NCBI GenBank assembly: GCA_023248155.1
Contig: JAHFFE010000002.1
Span: 42,263 to 106,262 of the forward strand
Source of the DNA: Candidatus Omnitrophota bacterium
GTDB lineage: Bacteria > Omnitrophota > Gorgyraeia > 1-14-0-20-64-10
DNA length: 64,000 bases
Reading direction: 5' to 3'
Part shown: positions 46,992 to 55,254 of the stretch, piece after piece
Position numbering within the stretch: position 1 is the stretch's first letter
How the letters are laid out: each line of letters opens with the position of its first letter
Notes under the pieces: model-generated
Told to the model about the DNA's origin: nothing
Database searches by the model: none
The model's input: only the letters and a program-made list of their open reading frames with translations
Position numbers and translations under genes: made by a program

Positions 46992-48911
46992 ATGACTATT
47001 CAAACAAAGATTTTCGCGATTGCGGTGGCAGCGGTAGCGTGGATTACAGCCGGCCAGTCTTTTGCCGAGGCAACGACCGAGCCGTATTCATTGGAGCAGG
47101 GCCGTTATTCCGCGGTTGTCGACGGGGAAAAAGTTAAAATTCAGGCGGCGCTGGAATTCAAGGTGCTTGAAGACGGCCTGATCCAGATTCCGGTTTCGTT
47201 TGGCGGCGCCGAAATTCTGGATCTGAAATTATCCGGAGGATCCGCCGTGTTGGCGGTTGAGAACGACCAATACACGGTTCGGATTAGCCGCAAAGGAACC
47301 GTTCGGCTGACGGCCATGTTGATCGTGCCGTTGTCGCGCAATGCGGATCAGGAAGGGTTTTATCTCGAGATTCCGCAGGCGGTTTTTTCTTTCTGCACGG
47401 TCACGGTTCGGCGCGCCAGCGTGCAGTTAAGTCCTAATTATGCGGCCGCCGGAACCAGTCAGACCCGCGGCGATCAGACGATCATTACGCTGCCGTTGGG
47501 CTTAAAGCGGCAGGCCCAGGTTTTCTGGACGGTCCGCCCAATCCAGGAAACGCCGAAAACAACAGAACCGGTGGAGCCGGTTTATTTGGCGAATCTGCAG
47601 CTGCTGGGCACGCTGGAAGAAGAAACATTCCGTTGTTTGGCCACCGTTGATTTGCATCTGCTGCAGGGCGAATTAAAAACGGCTTTGTTCGAGCTGCCTT
47701 CGGGCTGGACCGTTACCGGGGTGCGCGGGGGTTCCGGCATTGCGGATTGGAAGACCGAGGCGGCCGGTTCGAATCAGCAGATCACGGTTATTTTCAACCA
47801 GCCGTTCAAGGAGGGGAACCTTCGTCTGCTGATTGATGCCGAACAACCGCTGAGCAGCGGCAGTGCCTCGGTTTCTTTGCCGAGTATTATTCCGGTCGGC
47901 GCAAAACGGTTAACGGGCCAATTGGCGCTGGCAACGGCCACGGCCATGGAATTGAAAGATCCGGTGATGGAAGGGGTCAAGCGGATCGATGTCCGGGAAT
48001 TGCCCGACGAATTGCGCGCGATGGCCAACGCGCCGGTCGTGGCGGCATTTCGTTATATGGAAGCCCCTTACCATGTGACGACCCAATTAATCCGTCCCGA
48101 AGAATTGCCGGTATTGGTGGCGATCGCTGAATCGGGAGAGTTAATCACGGTGGCTGCGCCGACGGGTGAAACCATTACGCGCGCGATTTATCAAATCCGT
48201 AATAACAAAAAAACAACGCTGAGCGTCACACTGCCGGCGGGGTCTACGCTCTGGTCGGTGCTGGTCGACCAGCGTCCGGTGAAGCCGTCGGCCGGACCGC
48301 GCGGGCAGATTCAAATTCCGATCATGAACAACCATGGTCCGGAAACGGTCTTCCCGGTGGAAATCGTCTATGTCCAGAAAACCGGTTCATTGAAATCGTT
48401 ACTTGGCCAAGTCCGTTACGAAGGTCCCGGCCTCGATATCCCGGTCACCGTTTCGTCCTGGAAACTGCTTTTACCCGACGGATTGATAAAGATCGGTTAT
48501 TCCGGCAATGTAGAAGCTGGTTTTTCGGTGAACACGGTGCCAGTCGAATTGGCTGCTTATCGCGATGTTTCGGCGAATGCGGCGCTCCGACGGGACTCTG
48601 CCCGATGCCAAAAAGTATTAGCCGCTGCTCCGGCAGCGCAGTCGTTGGCCGATTGCGAGTATAAGGTAAAGGAAGAATTTCAGGAGGTGGTTGGTAAAAC
48701 TCAGCAAACCGGCGTGCTGCCGTTCCGGATTTCAATTCCGCAGAGCGGCCGCGTTTACCGGTTTGGCCGGTTGCTGGCCGTCAACGAGCCGATGTCGGTC
48801 CAGATTAATTATGTCCGGACATCCGCAATGCCGTTCGCCAGCGGCGGAATGGTGTTTGTTGGATTGATGGGGCTGGCGGGTGTTGCCCGGCTGGTTCGTG
48901 CCAAGAAGTAA
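46992..48911 (+). CDS. Large secreted beta-rich protein with C-terminal TM anchor; member of the ECF regulon
   Basis: Signal peptide MTIQTKIFAIAVAAVAWITAGQSFA, C-terminal GGMVFVGLMGLAGVARLVRAKK. No catalytic motif recognised. Confidence 0.55.
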   Translation: MTIQTKIFAIAVAAVAWITAGQSFAEATTEPYSLEQGRYSAVVDGEKVKIQAALEFKVLEDGLIQIPVSFGGAEILDLKLSGGSAVLAVENDQYTVRISRKGTVRLTAMLIVPLSRNADQEGFYLEIPQAVFSFCTVTVRRASVQLSPNYAAAGTSQTRGDQTIITLPLGLKRQAQVFWTVRPIQETPKTTEPVEPVYLANLQLLGTLEEETFRCLATVDLHLLQGELKTALFELPSGWTVTGVRGGSGIADWKTEAAGSNQQITVIFNQPFKEGNLRLLIDAEQPLSSGSASVSLPSIIPVGAKRLTGQLALATATAMELKDPVMEGVKRIDVRELPDELRAMANAPVVAAFRYMEAPYHVTTQLIRPEELPVLVAIAESGELITVAAPTGETITRAIYQIRNNKKTTLSVTLPAGSTLWSVLVDQRPVKPSAGPRGQIQIPIMNNHGPETVFPVEIVYVQKTGSLKSLLGQVRYEGPGLDIPVTVSSWKLLLPDGLIKIGYSGNVEAGFSVNTVPVELAAYRDVSANAALRRDSARCQKVLAAAPAAQSLADCEYKVKEEFQEVVGKTQQTGVLPFRISIPQSGRVYRFGRLLAVNEPMSVQINYVRTSAMPFASGGMVFVGLMGLAGVARLVRAKK

Positions 48912-48991
48912 AAAGAGTGGGCTCCCTGACCAGGTTTTCAGGGAGCCCGGTTCTTTGTTCTTTTTGATTCTCTGCGTGGTAAAATAACAGT

Positions 48992-49444
48992 TTGCCGATG
49001 ACCTCCTTAGATCAGTTTTTTCAAAATCGCATTATTTGGTCTACGTTTGCCGCCTGGGTGATTGCTCAGGGGGCCAAGATGATGCTGTTCTTTCGGCAAA
49101 AACGGCGGTTTGATGTCCGCTGGATTACAGAAACCGGCGGCATGCCATCGGCCCACTCGGCCGGCGTGGCGGCGCTGGCGATGTCGGTCGGATTGACCGA
49201 CGGTGTTGGAACAACCACATTCGGCATCGCGCTGATTTTCGCGCTGGTTACGATGTTTGACGCGCAGGGTGTCCGCCGCGCGGCGGGCCGGCAGGCGGTT
49301 GCGTTTAATCTGATTATTGAAGAGTTATACGCCAAGGGCCATGTCAGCAACCAGCGTGTGCGTGAACTGCTGGGGCATACGCCGGTCGAGGTGTTGGTCG
49401 GCGCGCTGGTCGGGGCGTTAACAGCATGGGCCATTTGCCGCTAA
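48992..49444 (+). CDS. Divergent PAP2 (YuiD/DUF212) family membrane protein
   Basis: GGMPSAHSAG and surrounding TM pattern typical of the divergent PAP2 family. Confidence 0.6.
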   Translation: MPMTSLDQFFQNRIIWSTFAAWVIAQGAKMMLFFRQKRRFDVRWITETGGMPSAHSAGVAALAMSVGLTDGVGTTTFGIALIFALVTMFDAQGVRRAAGRQAVAFNLIIEELYAKGHVSNQRVRELLGHTPVEVLVGALVGALTAWAICR

Positions 49445-49459
49445 AGTGAAAGAGTAAAG

Positions 49460-50296
49460 ATGAACTCGAAATTACGATGGATTGTAGTCGCCGCGGTGGT
49501 TTTAATCGCGGCCGTTTCGTTAGGGATGGTGATTGGACGCGGTTCGGCCAAGCAAACCCCGGCCATTGTTGCTACTGAGGAAGCGGTTTCTCCGGCTCCG
49601 TCCGACAACGCAAAAGTGGTTTTAGCGCGCGGCGACACGGCCAAGGCCCAGGGTTCTTACCAGCAAGCCCAGAAATTATACGAGCAGGCGCTCGATAAAA
49701 GCCCCGATACCGCCACTTCCACGAAGGCGCAGTCGCAATTGGGCCAGGCTAATATCCAGGCAATCTTCTCGACGCAATTTAGCCCAAGCGACTTATCCTA
49801 CGAAGTGCAGTCGGGCGATACGCTCACAAAAATCGCGCGCAAACATCATGTCACGGTCGAACTGCTGCGCGTTTGCAACGGCCTGCGCGGCGACTTAGTC
49901 CGGCTCGGACAGACGCTCAAAATCCCCAACGTCAACTTCATCGTTTTCGTCGATAAATCACAAAACCTGCTGACGCTCAAAAACGGCGAGCAGGTATTCA
50001 AGACCTACCGCTGTTCCACCGGCCGCGGCGGAATTACGCCGGTCGGTGATTTTAAAATTGCCAACAAAATGATCGATCCGGTCTGGAAAGGCCTTGTCTC
50101 TCCCAGCGATCCGAAAAATCCGCTGGGCACGCGCTGGCTCGGGTTTGATCTGCCGCAATACGGAATTCATGGAACCAACGATCCGTCTACGATCGGACAG
50201 CCGGTCACCCAGGGATGCGTGCGAATGCTCAACGAAGATGTGGAAGAGCTTTATACGCTGCTGCCGGTCGGAACCGTAATCATCATCGCTGAGTAA
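49460..50296 (+). CDS. L,D-transpeptidase (YkuD) with LysM domain
   Basis: LysM (YEVQSGDTLTKIARKHHVTVELLRVCNGL). Catalytic HGTNDPSTIGQPVTQGCVRM with the conserved His/Cys. Confidence 0.8.
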   Translation: MNSKLRWIVVAAVVLIAAVSLGMVIGRGSAKQTPAIVATEEAVSPAPSDNAKVVLARGDTAKAQGSYQQAQKLYEQALDKSPDTATSTKAQSQLGQANIQAIFSTQFSPSDLSYEVQSGDTLTKIARKHHVTVELLRVCNGLRGDLVRLGQTLKIPNVNFIVFVDKSQNLLTLKNGEQVFKTYRCSTGRGGITPVGDFKIANKMIDPVWKGLVSPSDPKNPLGTRWLGFDLPQYGIHGTNDPSTIGQPVTQGCVRMLNEDVEELYTLLPVGTVIIIAE

Positions 50297-50306
50297 GGAG
50301 ACTTTT

Positions 50307-51278
50307 ATGGCGACATTCACTTTTACGCTGGATTTTGAACGGCCGATCATCGAGCTGGAACAAAAAATCCAGGAACTCAAAAACTTGAACGGATCCAAGG
50401 CCAAGGGCGTCGACATGGGCCACGAGATCCAGCTGCTCGAGGGCAAAGTCGCGCAGATGCGCAAGCAGGTGTATGACAATTTAACGCCCTGGCAGCGCGT
50501 GCAGATGGCGCGCCATCCCAAGCGTCCCTACACGCTTGATTACGTCGGCAAATGCATGACCGATTTCGTCGAGCTGCACGGCGACCGTTTATTCGCCGAC
50601 GATAAAGCGCTCATCGGCGGGTTTGCCAAGATCGACGGCATCCCGGTCATGATCATCGGCCACCAAAAAGGCAAAGACACCAAAGAAAACCTTTTCCGCA
50701 ATTTTGGTTCGGCGCACCCGGAAGGCTACCGCAAAGCGATCCGCCTGATGCAGATGGCCGACAAGTTCAAACTGCCGATCCTCTGTTTTGTCGATACGCC
50801 GGGCGCTTACCCGGGCGTCGGCGCCGAGGAGCGCGGCCAGTCATCGGCGATCGCCTATAACCTGCGCGAAATGGCGCGGTTCAAGGTTCCGATCATCGTT
50901 TCGGTCATCGGCGAGGGCGGTTCCGGCGGCGCGCTGGGCATCGGCGTGGGCGATTATGTGATGGTAATGGAAAACGCTTATTACTCGGTGATCTCGCCCG
51001 AAGGCTGCGCGGCTATTTTGTGGAAAGATCGCGCCAAGGCCCCCGATGCCGCGACTAATTTGAAGATGACCGGCAAAGATCTGCTGGCGCTGAAAATCAT
51101 CGACGAGATTATCCCGGAACCGTTCGGCGGCGCGCATAAAGATCCCGACGCCGCGGCGGCCAATTTGAAAGCGGCGCTTCTGAAGAATTTGCGCGCGCTG
51201 CAAAAAATGACGCCCGATCAACTAGTGGCGCACCGCGACCAGAAATACCGCAACATCGGTTTATTCACCGAAGTCTAG
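50307..51278 (+). CDS. accA: Acetyl-CoA carboxylase carboxyltransferase alpha subunit
   Basis: …DTPGAYPGVGAEERGQSSAIA…SVIGEGGSGGALGIGVGD… canonical AccA. Confidence 0.9.
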   Translation: MATFTFTLDFERPIIELEQKIQELKNLNGSKAKGVDMGHEIQLLEGKVAQMRKQVYDNLTPWQRVQMARHPKRPYTLDYVGKCMTDFVELHGDRLFADDKALIGGFAKIDGIPVMIIGHQKGKDTKENLFRNFGSAHPEGYRKAIRLMQMADKFKLPILCFVDTPGAYPGVGAEERGQSSAIAYNLREMARFKVPIIVSVIGEGGSGGALGIGVGDYVMVMENAYYSVISPEGCAAILWKDRAKAPDAATNLKMTGKDLLALKIIDEIIPEPFGGAHKDPDAAAANLKAALLKNLRALQKMTPDQLVAHRDQKYRNIGLFTEV

Positions 51279-51287
51279 CCTCTTAGT

Positions 51288-51839
51288 ATGGCCGCCCGTA
51301 AAGGACTTGTTATTGTTTATACCGGCGACGGCAAGGGTAAAACCTCCGCTTCACTCGGTGCCGCGATGCGCGCGCTGGGCCACGGCTGGCGCGTACTAAT
51401 CATCCAGTTTTTCAAGGGTGACTGGCCGGTGGTTTACGGCGAGCTGGAACTGGCCAAAAAACTCTATCCGCAATTTGAAGTTCTGCAGTTGGGCAAAGGC
51501 TTCGTAAAAATCATGGGCGACAAGAAACCATTTGATGCCCATGTCGACGCCGCCCGCGAAGCGCTCAAGATCGCGCGCGAAAAAATGCTCTCGGGAGATT
51601 ACGATCTGATCATCCTCGACGAGGTCAACTACGCGCTGGGCTATATGGATTTTAAACTGCTCGAACCGTCCGATGTCATCGAGTTTTTAAAGCAGAGACC
51701 GCCGAAAGTTCATATCATTCTGACCGGCCGCAACGCACTGCCTGAAATCATCGAAATGGCCGATCTCGTCACCGAAATGAAAGAGATCAAACATCCGATG
51801 AAAAAGGGAATCCCCGCCCAGCAGGGCATCGACTTCTAA
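51288..51839 (+). CDS. cobO: ATP:cob(I)alamin adenosyltransferase (CobA/CobO/BtuR type)
   Basis: GLVIVYTGDGKGKTSASLG P-loop and DEVNYAL motif. Confidence 0.8.
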   Translation: MAARKGLVIVYTGDGKGKTSASLGAAMRALGHGWRVLIIQFFKGDWPVVYGELELAKKLYPQFEVLQLGKGFVKIMGDKKPFDAHVDAAREALKIAREKMLSGDYDLIILDEVNYALGYMDFKLLEPSDVIEFLKQRPPKVHIILTGRNALPEIIEMADLVTEMKEIKHPMKKGIPAQQGIDF

Positions 51840-51872
51840 ACCCCGCGCTTCCCGTCGATAAACTGTGATTCG

Positions 51873-52009
51873 AGGCAGTTCGGGAGCGGGTCCGTGAACG
51901 CGCTCGAAATCGACTACCGATTTCTCGCTCCGGTTTCGGCCTTACCTAAAACCCCGCTGAAACGGCCTCAACAGGGTTCACGCGACCCATCTCCCGAACT
52001 GCCTCTTAC
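51873..52009 (+). repeat. Copy 2 of the ~137-nt inverted-repeat element
   Basis: Perfect 15-bp terminal inverted repeats (gaggcagttcgggag / ctcccgaactgcctc). Same orientation as copy 1, again directly 3' of a gene, and next to two tRNA genes. Confidence 0.7.
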
Positions 52010-52251
52010 CGATTCTTGCGTGAGCGATTCCGTGCAGGATAAGGCTGAGCAGGCACTGGAAACCCTGAGCGGGCATGGTTCTCCGCTAAAAGCGGAGAGA
52101 GCGAAGGGTTGACCGTAGTGCAGCGAGACTCGCAGGGGCGAGCAAGCGGCCTGCGAACGCCTTGCCTGACGGAAGCGGGAGCGCAGAATTTGCGGCGATC
52201 GAATCAAGTTGAATGCCCGGACTGACTTGAAAAAGTAGATTCGGAAAGTTA

Positions 52252-52335
52252 TGCCGAGGGAGAGAATCGAACTCTCATGGGGTTGCCCCCGCAGGTTTTT
52301 GAGACCTGTGCGTCTACCGATTTCGCCACCTCGGC
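52252..52335 (-). tRNA. tRNA-Leu (anticodon CAA)
   Basis: Minus-strand cloverleaf GCCGAGG…CUCAAAA…long variable arm…GAGAG-UUCGAUU-CUCUC…CCUCGGC-A. CCA is not encoded. Confidence 0.85.
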
Positions 52336-52357
52336 GGGAGAATGAAGAGAAAATTTA

Positions 52358-52430
<73 letters not shown>

Positions 52431-52507
52431 GATTAGAACTCCCAGTCTACCCAGCAGGGCGTTGGTTGTCAATCATACCCCCCTCTGCTAGAATCAGTTT
52501 CTTGACC

Positions 52508-54937
52508 ATGAGTTATCCATTCTCCGATATCGAATCCAAATGGCAGAAGCGCTGGGAAGAACAGGGCGCTTTCCGTGCCGTTATGGGCAAGTCCGCCTCT
52601 TCCAAAAAATATTATCTGCTGGAGATGTTCCCTTATCCGTCGGGCCGCATCCATATGGGCCATGTCCGCAACTATACCATCGGTGATGTGATGGCCCGGT
52701 TTCGCAAGGCGCAGGGCTGCCAGGTGCTGCACCCGATGGGGTTCGACGCGTTCGGGCAGCCGGCCGAGAACGCCGCCATCAAGAAAGGCGTTGATCCGGC
52801 CGCCTGGACCTATGACTGCATCGCGCAGATGCGCGACGGCCTTAAAAAACTGGGCATCTCCTACGACTGGGACCGCGAGCTGGCCACCTGCGACGCCGAT
52901 TATTATCGGTGGAACCAGTGGATCTTCCTGAAAATGGCCGAGAAGGGGTTGGCTTATCGCGCCAAGTCGCCGGTCAACTGGTGCCCCTCCTGTCAGACAA
53001 CGCTGGCCAATGAAGAGGTGATCGACGGCGAATGCTGGCGCTGCCATTCCAAAGTCGACCCGAAACTGCTCGAACAATGGTTTTTAAAAATCACCGCGTA
53101 TGCCGAACCGCTGCTCAACGATCTTGATAAATTAGCCCACTGGCCCGACCGCGTCCGAGCCATGCAGCGCAATTGGATCGGTCGCAGCGAAGGCGTTGAG
53201 ATTTTCTTTTCGGTGAAAGGGACCGGCGAGAAATTGCCGGTTTTCACAACGCGCCCCGATACGATTTTCGGCGCGACTTATGTGGTGCTGGCGCCCGAAC
53301 ATCCACTGGCCAAAAAATTAAGCGCCGGAACGCCGCAGGAAAAACCGGTCGCTGCGTTTGCTGAAGCGGTGGCACGCCGTTCCAAAATAGAGCGGACCGC
53401 CGAAGGCGTAAACAAGCAGGGGGTTTTCACGGGCGGCTATGCCGTGAATCCGGTCAACGGCGAAACGATCCCTATCTGGATCGCCGATTATGTGCTGATG
53501 GAGTACGGCACCGGCGCGATCATGGCGGTTCCGACGCACGATCAGCGCGATTTTCTGTTTGCCAAAGAACAAAAACTTCCAATGCGCGTCGTTATTCAGG
53601 GGGGAGAGGGCGGGGGTGAGGGGGCTTATGTAGGCGAAGGGGTGTTGGTCAACTCAGCGCAGTTCAGCGGTCTGAAAAATACCGACGCCAAAAAGAAAAT
53701 CGCGCTCTGGATGGAAGAAAAAGGGCACGGCAAGCGGGTCACGCAATGGCGTCTGCGCGACTGGCTGATCTCGCGCCAGCGCTGCTGGGGAACGCCGATC
53801 CCGATGATCTATTGCGCGGCCTGCGGCGTGGTGCCGGTGCCGGAAGATCAACTGCCGGTCCGCCTCCCTGAAAAACTTCCGATTACCGGAGAGGGCGGCT
53901 CTCCGTTGGCCAAGGTCAAAGAGTTTGTCGAAACCACCTGTCCGTGCTGTAAAAAACCGGCCCGGCGCGAAACCGATACGATGGCCACCTTTTTTGACTC
54001 CTCCTGGTATTTTCTGCGCTTTTGTTCGCCGAAAGAAACCCAACTGCCGTTTGATCCGAAAGAAGCCGCGCACTGGATGCCGGTTGATCAATACATCGGC
54101 GGCATCGAGCATGCGATTCTGCATCTGCTTTACTCGCGCTTCTTCACCAAGTTTCTGAAAGATATCGGCCTGTTGTCTGTCGACGAGCCGTTCACGCGCC
54201 TGTTAACGCAGGGCATGGTGCTCAAAGACGGCGAGGTGATGTCGAAGTCGCGCGGCAATGTGGTTGACCCTGACGGTGTCATTGAAAAACATGGCACCGA
54301 CGCGATGCGCCTTTTTATTTTATTTGCGGCGCCCCCCGAAGACCAGCTCGAATGGAACGACAGCGGCATCGACGGCGTCGATCGTTTTTTAAATCGCGTC
54401 TGGAATTTAGTTGAGCGTCTGGATGGTTATGCGCCGACCGAATCCAATGGTACTGAAACCAAAGAACTGCGCCGCATTACGCACGCCACGATCAAGCGGG
54501 TAACCGATGAGGTCGACGCGTTCAAATTCAACACCGCCATCAGCGCGTTGATGGAGATGCGTAACGCAATTGAAAAATCATGGGGAAAAGTTCCCACCGA
54601 TGCCGCGCGCGAGTCGGTCGAAGCGCTGGTCTGTTTACTGAATCCGTTCGCGCCGCATATCGCCGAAGAGCTTTGGCAGAAGTTGGGCCACTCCGACCTA
54701 CTGGCAATCCGCACTTGGCCTGCATACGATCCGACATTGCTGACGCAGTCGGAAGTTTCAATCATCCTTCAGGTCAACGGCAAACTTCGCTCTAAAATTA
54801 CACTACCCAAAGATGCGCCGGCCGAGCAGGTAAAGGCATCGGCGTTGGCCGATCCTGCTGTTCAGAAATGGCTGGAAGGGAAAGCCCCGCGCGACATCAT
54901 CATCGTTCCAAACCGCCTCGTCAACCTCGTCATTTAA
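52508..54937 (+). CDS. leuS: Leucyl-tRNA synthetase
   Basis: Start at ATG 52508 (MSYPFSDIESKWQKRWEE). HMGH and KMSKS (VMSKS) class I motifs; CP1 editing domain. Confidence 0.9.
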   Translation: MSYPFSDIESKWQKRWEEQGAFRAVMGKSASSKKYYLLEMFPYPSGRIHMGHVRNYTIGDVMARFRKAQGCQVLHPMGFDAFGQPAENAAIKKGVDPAAWTYDCIAQMRDGLKKLGISYDWDRELATCDADYYRWNQWIFLKMAEKGLAYRAKSPVNWCPSCQTTLANEEVIDGECWRCHSKVDPKLLEQWFLKITAYAEPLLNDLDKLAHWPDRVRAMQRNWIGRSEGVEIFFSVKGTGEKLPVFTTRPDTIFGATYVVLAPEHPLAKKLSAGTPQEKPVAAFAEAVARRSKIERTAEGVNKQGVFTGGYAVNPVNGETIPIWIADYVLMEYGTGAIMAVPTHDQRDFLFAKEQKLPMRVVIQGGEGGGEGAYVGEGVLVNSAQFSGLKNTDAKKKIALWMEEKGHGKRVTQWRLRDWLISRQRCWGTPIPMIYCAACGVVPVPEDQLPVRLPEKLPITGEGGSPLAKVKEFVETTCPCCKKPARRETDTMATFFDSSWYFLRFCSPKETQLPFDPKEAAHWMPVDQYIGGIEHAILHLLYSRFFTKFLKDIGLLSVDEPFTRLLTQGMVLKDGEVMSKSRGNVVDPDGVIEKHGTDAMRLFILFAAPPEDQLEWNDSGIDGVDRFLNRVWNLVERLDGYAPTESNGTETKELRRITHATIKRVTDEVDAFKFNTAISALMEMRNAIEKSWGKVPTDAARESVEALVCLLNPFAPHIAEELWQKLGHSDLLAIRTWPAYDPTLLTQSEVSIILQVNGKLRSKITLPKDAPAEQVKASALADPAVQKWLEGKAPRDIIIVPNRLVNLVI

Positions 54938-55208
54938 CGTCACCGTCGCGCGCTTCCGTCAGGCAAACCCTTTTTCGAGTCGGCTCGTGTATGGGGACCG
55001 TGGACACGCTCGGAATTGATTACCCATTCCATCGGTGCGCCGAGGCGCCTGGTGGCGTAACTTCCGCTATCGCCAGCCGCTCTGTCTCCGGCCTTGCCGA
55101 AGAACAATTCGATTCGGCCTCCGCCAAGGTCCACTTGCCCCATATCCCGATCCGCCTCTACCCACGCAGGCGCTTTGGTGACGCGGGTGATGTAAAAAAT
55201 AGATAAAC

Positions 55209-55243
55209 TTGCATTGATTTATTGTAATTTATAAGGTATAGTT
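55209..55243 (+). promoter_or_regulatory. Sigma70-like promoter in an AT-rich island before the giant gene (TTGATT-17 nt-TATAGT)
   Basis: -35 TTGATT at 55214-19, -10 TATAGT at 55237-42. ATG at 55255 has no obvious Shine-Dalgarno, so the leader is very short or absent. Confidence 0.4.
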
Positions 55244-55254
55244 TCTCTATCATC

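Noticed and set aside
51894-52207. Track ORFs 51894..52112 + and 51968..52207 - between cobO and the tRNAs
   Set aside because: They overlap the palindromic repeat element and GC-rich spacer and have no Shine-Dalgarno or motifs, so they are most likely non-coding.
54868-55206. 112-aa ORF spanning the leuS 3' end and the downstream intergenic region; also 54940..55143 on the minus strand
   Set aside because: Overlaps the leuS C-terminus in another frame. The product (…RHHHRSKPPRQPRHLTSPS…) looks like high-GC frame noise. The region is better explained as the intergenic and promoter zone of the giant gene.
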